DNA from: Armatimonadota bacterium
Lineage (GTDB): Bacteria > Armatimonadota > SYMT01
DNA length: 64,000 bases
Direction: 5' to 3'
Assembly (NCBI GenBank): GCA_041690135.1
Contig: JAWLHY010000003.1
Coordinates: 32,001-96,000 of the forward strand
Positions within the stretch are counted from its first letter, which is position 1; every line of letters begins with the position of its first letter. The position numbers and the translations under genes are program-made. Below, piece by piece: positions 57,911 through 64,000 of this stretch. Below the pieces are notes generated by a model, which was not told where the DNA came from, searched no databases, and worked only from the letters and a program-made list of their open reading frames with translations.

Positions 57911-59263
57911 TTACTCGTAGCCGGCGTTGGCCCACATGGTGGCGTTGCGGAGGATGGTCCGCACTTCTTCCTGGTAGTGGATGGGGAAGCTCTCGTGGCC
58001 GGGTTCGAACGCAAAGAGTCGACCCCGGCCCACCTTCCAGGCCATTCCCTGCCAGGTGTTCTCGCCGGACGCCTCGTACCGGCCGTCGAAGATCACCACG
58101 TCGGGCTTGGGGCCGGCAAAGGTCCCTTCCCGGCGCTCGGTGCGGCCGATGCGGAATGCGGACACGCCGGCCGCGATGGGGTGGCGCGGCGCGGTGACCC
58201 GCAACTGCAGCGCAGCCGGCTCGGAAGTCGCCTGGTCCAGCCAGCGGCATTCCTCGCCCAGTACCGCTTCCAGAACCGGCGCCTCGGCGGCAGAGTGGAG
58301 AACGATCAGGCCCATGCCGCTGTGGCGGACGCGACGGGCGATGGCCGCGAGGCGCTCCGGCGGGAGGCCGCCCGGCTTCCCGAGCCACAGGACGAGCACG
58401 TCCGTCTCTTCCAGGGCACCCTCGTTCAGGTGCTTCGTGGGATCGCCGCTCACGGCGACCACCTGGAAGCGGCGCTCGGTGCGGAGGCCCTCCGCGATTG
58501 CCGCGTGGATCCCCTGCGGGTAAACCTCCAATGGCCCGGCGCTCTCCGCCCACACCCGGACCCGGACCGACTGGGGCTCGGCGGCGGCCTCGTCCATCTC
58601 GGGGATCTGGGTGAGGGCGGCGCCCGCCACGGCGGCCGCGGCGGTACCCATGCGGAGGAAGGCGCGGCGGGAGTGGGTGCGGGCCGGCGGTTCGGGTGTT
58701 TCCGCGGCCCCGGTAAGGTCGAACCCGGCCAGAAAATCTTTCAGCGCCTTGTGCGCCCGGTGCAGCCGGGAGCGGATGGTGCCCACGGGGCACGCCTCTA
58801 CGCTCGCGGCTTCCTCGTAAGTGGCGCCCTCCACGTCGCAGAGCAGCACCGTGGCCCGGTGGATCGGCTGCAGCGCTTCGAGCGCGGACTGGTAGGGATG
58901 GTCCAGCGTCTCCAGCAGCAGGAGTTGCTCCGGGTTGCTCGACTCGTCCGGCAGGTCGAGGGTCTCGCTGCCGCTCTCCAGCGTGGACTGCTCCAGGGAG
59001 ACGGTGGGGTGATACTTGCGCCGGACCCGGTCCAGGTGGTTGTTGGTCATGATCCGCGCGACCCAACTGTAGAAGTTGGTGTCCACGCGGAAGCGGTGGA
59101 ACGCCCGGTAGGCGTCGATCAGGGTCTCCTGAAGGAGATCCTGCGCGTCTTCCGGGTCTTGGGCCAGGCGCCGCGCGAGACGCTCAAACGCCGCCCGATG
59201 ATTCTTCACCAGGAGTTCGAACGTGCTGCTGGTTTCCGCCGGCGGCGCAGGGGCCACACTCAT
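57911..59263 (-). CDS. ECF sigma factor fused via internal Tat-like signal to a ThuA-like domain
   Basis: Sigma2 DAQDLLQET..FYSWVARI; sigma4 TYEEAA..CPVGTIRSRLHRA; SRRAFL at 58655-58672; ThuA VYPQGIH, GMGLIVLHSA, FEPGHESFPIH; GAGGAG RBS. Confidence 0.85.
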   Translation of the reverse strand: MSVAPAPPAETSSTFELLVKNHRAAFERLARRLAQDPEDAQDLLQETLIDAYRAFHRFRVDTNFYSWVARIMTNNHLDRVRRKYHPTVSLEQSTLESGSETLDLPDESSNPEQLLLLETLDHPYQSALEALQPIHRATVLLCDVEGATYEEAASVEACPVGTIRSRLHRAHKALKDFLAGFDLTGAAETPEPPARTHSRRAFLRMGTAAAAVAGAALTQIPEMDEAAAEPQSVRVRVWAESAGPLEVYPQGIHAAIAEGLRTERRFQVVAVSGDPTKHLNEGALEETDVLVLWLGKPGGLPPERLAAIARRVRHSGMGLIVLHSAAEAPVLEAVLGEECRWLDQATSEPAALQLRVTAPRHPIAAGVSAFRIGRTERREGTFAGPKPDVVIFDGRYEASGENTWQGMAWKVGRGRLFAFEPGHESFPIHYQEEVRTILRNATMWANAGYE

Positions 59264-59417
59264 ACTGCTTGCTCCTCACCCGAACGCGTCTGTTAAACGC
59301 ATTGTACGAGCGCAGGCGGGAAATGTTCAATACTTCCCGCCCGGATTCCCCTACTTCAGGTAAGCGTTAGCCACGCTCCGGAAGTTCCATCCTGTAAACT
59401 TCCAATATTTCAGGCGG

Positions 59418-59457
59418 CCCTCACCCCAACCCTCTCCCACCGCTGCGGGAGAGGGAG
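59418..59457. repeat. CCCTCACCCCAACCCTCTCCC...GGGAGAGGG REP-like hairpin
   Basis: CCCTCTCCC/GGGAGAGGG stem; widespread intergenic repeat type. Confidence 0.6.
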
Positions 59458-59512
59458 TATCCCACGGGCATTCCGACTTCCTGATATCCGGTCGCCCGAT
59501 GACTCTCCCTCA

Positions 59513-60931
59513 TCACTCCGACGGCGGAAGTTCGATCTGGAGTGGTGCGGGGTTATCCGTCGTTAACGGCTGGGTATCGTCGAGCTGCTGCTGCCACTCC
59601 TTGAGCCGGACCGTCATCCGCTGCACCTGTTTTGCATGACCCGGGTCGGCCGCCAGGTCCTTCATCTCCGCCGGGTCGTTCTTCAGGTCGAAGAGCTGGG
59701 TCTTGTTGACGTGCGGGTAGACGATCAGCTTCCACCGGTCGTCGCGGACGGCGCGCTGGATGTCGCGATACACCGTGAAGACCGAGTCGCGGACCGCCTT
59801 CTTCTTACCGGTCAGGACGGGCGTCAGGCTCCGGCCCTCGCTGCCCTCCGGCGCCGCCACCCCCGCCAGCTCACCCAGGGTCGGGAAGCTGTCGAGCAGA
59901 TAGGCAAAGGCGTCGGTCCGCTTCCCCTTCGGAATGCCGGGGCCTGACATCAGGAGCGGGGCGCCCATGGAGTGCTCGTAGAGGTTCTGCTTGCCCATCA
60001 GCCCGTGGCTGCCGATCGCGAGGCCATGGTCTCCCGCGAAGACGATCAGCGTGTTCTCATACTGCCCCGTTTCCTTGAGCGCATCGAGGATGCGGCCGAT
60101 CTGCGCGTCCGTGAAGGTGATGGCGGCGTAGTAGTCCGCCAGGTGTTTCCGCACCTCATCCTGCGTGCGCGGCCAGGGCGCGAGCTTCTCGTCGCGGATG
60201 ATCATCTCCCCGTTGTTGAACGGGTGCTTCGGCAGGTAGTTCGCCGGCAGCGGCATCCGGGCCGGATCATACTGGGCGTGGTACTCCCGCGGGGCCACGC
60301 GGGGGTCGTGCGGCAGGTTGAAGCTGGTGTAGCAGAGGAACGGCCGGTCTTCCTTCTTGTGCGAGCGGATGAACTCCACGGCGGCGTCCGCGAAGAGCTG
60401 GCAGGAGTGGGTGCCGCTGATCCGCCGGTTCACCAGCTTGCCGTCCGTGCTGATGTCCTGGAGCGGCAGGTTGTAGGGGTCCCCCATCCCACCCATGAAC
60501 ACCGCCTTCCCCTCCTGGAAGGAGCGCAGCAGGCCCGGCGCCTGGTTGTGCCACTTCCCGGTCGCGAAGGTGCGGTAACCCGCTTTACCGAAAAGCTCCG
60601 GCCAGGTGGTCTGCCCCTGGAGGTTCTCCCGGATCCGGAACAGCGTTCTCCCGGTCATCAGCATGGCGCGCGACGGGACACAGACCGCGCCCTGGCGCCC
60701 GCCCATGCAGTAGGCGCGGGTGAAGGCGGTCCCCTCCCGCACCAGGCGGTCGAGGTTGGGCGTGCGGATGTGCGGGTTGCCCAGCGCATGGATCGTGTCC
60801 GGGCGATGGTCGTCGCTGAACAGGAACAGCACGTTCGGCCGCTGAGCCGCGCGCACAGGAGACACGGCCGCAGCCGCGGTCAGGGAAGCAGCCGTTACGA
60901 AGAGGAGAAGTGGGCGGATCAAGTTAGGCAT
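59513..60931 (-). CDS. Secreted sulfatase (S1 family)
   Basis: PNVLFLFSDD, CVPSRAMLMTG, GKWH, PHDP, GDHG, GKQNLYE. Confidence 0.95.
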   Translation of the reverse strand: MPNLIRPLLLFVTAASLTAAAAVSPVRAAQRPNVLFLFSDDHRPDTIHALGNPHIRTPNLDRLVREGTAFTRAYCMGGRQGAVCVPSRAMLMTGRTLFRIRENLQGQTTWPELFGKAGYRTFATGKWHNQAPGLLRSFQEGKAVFMGGMGDPYNLPLQDISTDGKLVNRRISGTHSCQLFADAAVEFIRSHKKEDRPFLCYTSFNLPHDPRVAPREYHAQYDPARMPLPANYLPKHPFNNGEMIIRDEKLAPWPRTQDEVRKHLADYYAAITFTDAQIGRILDALKETGQYENTLIVFAGDHGLAIGSHGLMGKQNLYEHSMGAPLLMSGPGIPKGKRTDAFAYLLDSFPTLGELAGVAAPEGSEGRSLTPVLTGKKKAVRDSVFTVYRDIQRAVRDDRWKLIVYPHVNKTQLFDLKNDPAEMKDLAADPGHAKQVQRMTVRLKEWQQQLDDTQPLTTDNPAPLQIELPPSE

Positions 60932-60994
60932 TGGGCGTTGAGCATTGGGCGTTGAGCATTGGGCGTTGAGCATTGGGCGTTGGGTATTGGGCAT
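60929..60994. repeat. Nine heptamers (CATTGGG/CGTTGAG) over the sulfatase start
   Basis: (CATTGGGCGTTGAG)x3 plus variants, 63 bp, in frame between ATG 60994 and ATG 60931. Confidence 0.85.
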
Positions 60995-61116
60995 TCAGGT
61001 GGCCAGGACCCCTATAGGGATAAACATTTAGGATTTCGGGCGCTCAGGCTTTTGGACCCGTCCGCTAGTAACAGGAGATCGGGCGTCTTGACAGTTAGAT
61101 CTCCGAAGTATCATGT

Positions 61117-61223
61117 GCGTCATTGCGAGGCCGGCCCCGACGCCCATAGCGCGACTTATCACTGGGGATGAAGGCGGCTTTCCTGGACCGTGAGCCGCCG
61201 CGTTGCCGGCCGCGGCAATCCCC
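61117..61223. repeat. Partial second copy of the GTCATTGCGA...GCGGCAATCCCC element
   Basis: GCGTCATTGCGAGG at 61117 and GCGGCAATCCCC at 61212-61223; right arm not seen. Confidence 0.55.
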
Positions 61224-61450
61224 CTGGTACGTGGATCCTACCCCTGAACGCGCGCGCTCCCGGTTTCGCCCTCGCGCTTTGCCACGATCGGCAACTCTCG
61301 CCACTGGACAGAGCCACCCTCTCCAACCAGCGGGCTTCCCATCCGTATCACGCGCAAGAAACCGCTGCGCTCCGGCATCCTTTTCCATGAGGTTCGACAG
61401 GCGAGGCGAAAATCTCTCCTTCGCTTGGCGGCAAGTAAGGAGGCTACCCG

Positions 61451-62668
61451 ATGGATCCGAGTGCCCTGACGCTGATGCCGGAATGGCCGGACGCCGAATG
61501 CCCGGTCCGGGAGCTATTTTGCCGGGCGGGACTGGCCTTTGCCGAGGGCGACCGGGAAACCTGCCTCCGGTTGTTGGCAGAGGCGTTGGGCGAAGCCGAA
61601 GGGAGGCATGGGCCCGGTCATCCGCAGTCGCTGCATATCGGCACCTTCCTGGCGCGGCACCTCCGGCACGGAAACCAACCGGAGCGCGCCATTCCCCTCC
61701 TGCGGCGCGGGCTCCAGGCTGCGGAAGTCGTCCTCGGCGCCGATCACCGCAGCCTGGTGGAGGTCCACCTGGAACTGGCGACCTGCCTGGAACGGCTAGG
61801 CTCCATCGATGAGGGCCTGTCGAACCGCCTGCGGGCCCAGCGGATCCTGCGGGAAGTGCCGGCGGAGGAACCCGACGACCTGGATGATCCGGAAGAGCCG
61901 CAGCCGACGAGTGAGGTCGAGCGCCTGATCTTCGAGGCCCTCGACGCCCGGCTGGACCGTGACCTGGACGCGACCGAGGCGCTGCTTCTCCAGGCCCTCG
62001 ACGTGGGCGAACGGACCCTCGGCTGGGACCATCCCCATACGGCCCGCGCGCTCTCCGAATTGGCGTCCGTGGATTGGGACCGGGGGCGATCTGACCTCTG
62101 GAGACGGCGCGTCTATCAGGCGCTGGAGATCTACCGCCGCACGACCGGTTCGGAATCGGAGGACGTGGAGCATGCCTACAACGATCTGGCGTACTACCAT
62201 CAGATGCTCGGCGACTACGCGCAGGCCGAACAGTGCTGCCGGCAGGCCCTAGCCCTCCGCGAACAGCGCTATCCCGGCGCCCTTCATCCCCTCAACAGCC
62301 GGATCCACCTCGCGGAGTGCGTGGGGGCGCAGGGCCGCCGGGAGGAAGCCGCCTCACTCTTCCGGCGGGTCCAGCAGGAGTGGTGCCGGTGGCATCCGGA
62401 GCGCCTGGTGGACCCGGATCGGCTTCCGGAGTGGTGGGCGATCGTCTACCTGGGCCAGGGCACTGCGGAGCAGGCGGAGCGGTTGGAAGCCGTCACGGCG
62501 CGCACCGTTACGCTTTATGAGAAGACCTGCGGGCCCGACCACTTGCACGTCGCCGAGCAACTCGACCCACTGGCCGCCCTGCGCCGTCACCTGGGACGGA
62601 TGGAAGCGGCCGAGGAGGCCGCCACCCGGGCGGAGGCAATCCGCGCCCGCATTCGGGAAAGCTGTTAG
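61451..62668 (+). CDS. Tetratricopeptide-repeat protein (kinesin-light-chain-like repeats)
   Basis: LGxDHP-type repeats; AAGGAGG RBS. Confidence 0.85.
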   Translation: MDPSALTLMPEWPDAECPVRELFCRAGLAFAEGDRETCLRLLAEALGEAEGRHGPGHPQSLHIGTFLARHLRHGNQPERAIPLLRRGLQAAEVVLGADHRSLVEVHLELATCLERLGSIDEGLSNRLRAQRILREVPAEEPDDLDDPEEPQPTSEVERLIFEALDARLDRDLDATEALLLQALDVGERTLGWDHPHTARALSELASVDWDRGRSDLWRRRVYQALEIYRRTTGSESEDVEHAYNDLAYYHQMLGDYAQAEQCCRQALALREQRYPGALHPLNSRIHLAECVGAQGRREEAASLFRRVQQEWCRWHPERLVDPDRLPEWWAIVYLGQGTAEQAERLEAVTARTVTLYEKTCGPDHLHVAEQLDPLAALRRHLGRMEAAEEAATRAEAIRARIRESC

Positions 62669-62879
62669 TTGCGTGGCGTTCCGGTCAATCGACGGCCCGC
62701 GCGCCGGATCACCCTGGAACGTGCCGCCTGTTAGCGGCTGCTAAACACAACCGCGGAAATCCTGTCCGCATGGGGTGACGCGACGGGATAAATCCACGTC
62801 GCTTTCCCAACCCTGCGGGGTGCCGGCCTGCGCCGGCACTGCAAGATCGGGAGAAGAACTTCGAAATCCGCAGTTCTGC

Positions 62880-63779
62880 TTAGAGCCCCGGAAGCTCCGA
62901 CCACGACTCCACCTGGGCGGCGGAACGCAGCCACTGTTCCATCTGAGCCAGGTCCGTCTCCGACTCCAGTCGCCGCCGGACTGCCTCCGATGGTTCTCCC
63001 AATCGCAGGGTGCCGATAAGGAGAAGCGAGCGGCGAACCCCGTCGACCACGCCTTCCTGACGGCCTTCCTGACGGCCTTCCTGACGGCCTTCCTCGCGGC
63101 CTTCCTCGCGGCCTTCCTCGAGGATTGCTTGATAGGTATCTGACTCACGCATAGCGCTTATCCCCCGAAATAATTGTGCCACGTTCTCGCGCGAATAACG
63201 CAGCCCGAGGAGTACGAAGGTGTCGGTCCAGAGGTCTTTCCGCGCCTCCGGAGAAAGCTCACTCGCTAACCGTTGATCCATGCGGCGCAGCACCTCCGGC
63301 AACCGATCGGCGGCGGCATCCGTAAGTGGCGCCAGCGGCAGCGTCGCCAGAGAACCTTCGAGTACGGTCTCCAGATCCAGAGTCCAGGCCCGAAGAACAC
63401 CGTAGTCCAGGTGATGGCGCCGCCGGGTGACCGGAGCGACCACGAGATACTCTCCCGTCAGGCTCGGATGGTCCGCTTCCCGCCGCAACACGACCAGCAC
63501 GGTATCGACAGGCAGCAGATGGCGCCGGTGGTGGATGCCATTGTAGTTCATGGCCCGCGCCAGAATGCTGGGATCCCAGGAGGCAAAGGCTTCGAAGTGC
63601 GAGATGAAAGGCTCCGGCCCTTCGAGCCGTACCACCTTATCAGCAGCTCCGGAAACCGTCGAGATGTCCGCATCCACCAGCACCGGCTCGCCCTCCACCG
63701 GGCCGAACGCCAGGCGGACCCAGCCACCGGGATCACGCTCCAGGAGATCTTTGAACACCGAATCGAAAGGCTTGGACAT
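62880..63779 (-). CDS. Rpn/DUF4351-like putative nuclease/transposase-related protein
   Basis: FDSVFKDL, ADKV, HFE, LPLAPL, MRESDTYQAILEEG followed by (R-E/Q-EG) repeats. Confidence 0.8.
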   Translation of the reverse strand: MSKPFDSVFKDLLERDPGGWVRLAFGPVEGEPVLVDADISTVSGAADKVVRLEGPEPFISHFEAFASWDPSILARAMNYNGIHHRRHLLPVDTVLVVLRREADHPSLTGEYLVVAPVTRRRHHLDYGVLRAWTLDLETVLEGSLATLPLAPLTDAAADRLPEVLRRMDQRLASELSPEARKDLWTDTFVLLGLRYSRENVAQLFRGISAMRESDTYQAILEEGREEGREEGRQEGRQEGRQEGVVDGVRRSLLLIGTLRLGEPSEAVRRRLESETDLAQMEQWLRSAAQVESWSELPGL

Positions 63780-63824
63780 AAGGCTATCTTCGGCAGGTAT
63801 CTAACCTTCGAAAAGGTTCGATCA

Positions 63825-64000
63825 TTACTCCAGCACGTACATCACATCGGTCCGGAGTACGTACTTGCGACCCGCGGTAACGGGAGCCCCTTCGTGTAGC
63901 TGGTGGTGGTGGAACACGAGCGCCGCACCCCGCTCCGGGGCCACCCGCGCACGCTCATTCCCCTGCTCGTCGTAGAACACGGTCTCACCGCCCTGGTAGC
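63825..64000 (-). CDS. 3' end of a 2OG-Fe(II) oxygenase (prolyl-hydroxylase-like), truncated by window
   Basis: YQGGETVF...ALVF...LHEGAPVTAGRKYVLRTDVMY*. Confidence 0.85.
   Translation of the reverse strand, partial: YQGGETVFYDEQGNERARVAPERGAALVFHHHQLHEGAPVTAGRKYVLRTDVMYVLE

Noticed and set aside
61088-61114. TTGACA...TATCAT promoter
   Set aside because: Spacer is only 15 bp and it is far from the next start; not supportable
63049-63123. 12-bp repeats as a non-coding element
   Set aside because: They encode the ordinary (R-E/Q-EG)n tract of Rpn-like proteins

Overview
GC-rich bacterial DNA, most consistent with Armatimonadota. This is inferred from two DUF1559 prepilin-like genes with the 'FPVFA(Q/R)AREAAR' signature, many secreted sulfatase/GH29/PQQ proteins and a Terrabacteria-type uvrC-yvlD-rapZ-yvcK block with a Cheo-type LexA box. 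The main feature is a lasso-peptide locus at ~38-53.5 kb made of two convergent operons. It contains an unannotated 52-aa precursor (44016-44174) with a non-canonical leader and Asp1 core, a cyclase, an RRE, a B2 peptidase, an HPr-like kinase, a nucleotidyltransferase and a frameshifted ABC exporter. It also holds two paralogous pilin-like DUF1559 genes, a PrmA-like methyltransferase and a glycoside-hydrolase-like/peroxiredoxin fusion whose catalytic codon is an in-frame TGA (probable selenocysteine); a TATACACAC motif precedes three of its transcription units. A second probable selenoprotein (outer-membrane protein, 30986-32131) has a similar SECIS-like hairpin. Other points: an ECF sigma factor fused through an internal twin-arginine signal to a ThuA domain; a TusA/DsrE/TusA-diiron operon; an AT-richer island with two ISKra4-type elements bounded by a duplicated 3' end of a DUF547 gene; a candidate sRNA; and many intergenic palindromes and short tandem repeats. 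No tRNA, rRNA or CRISPR array was seen. All family assignments are from motif recognition, not database searches.
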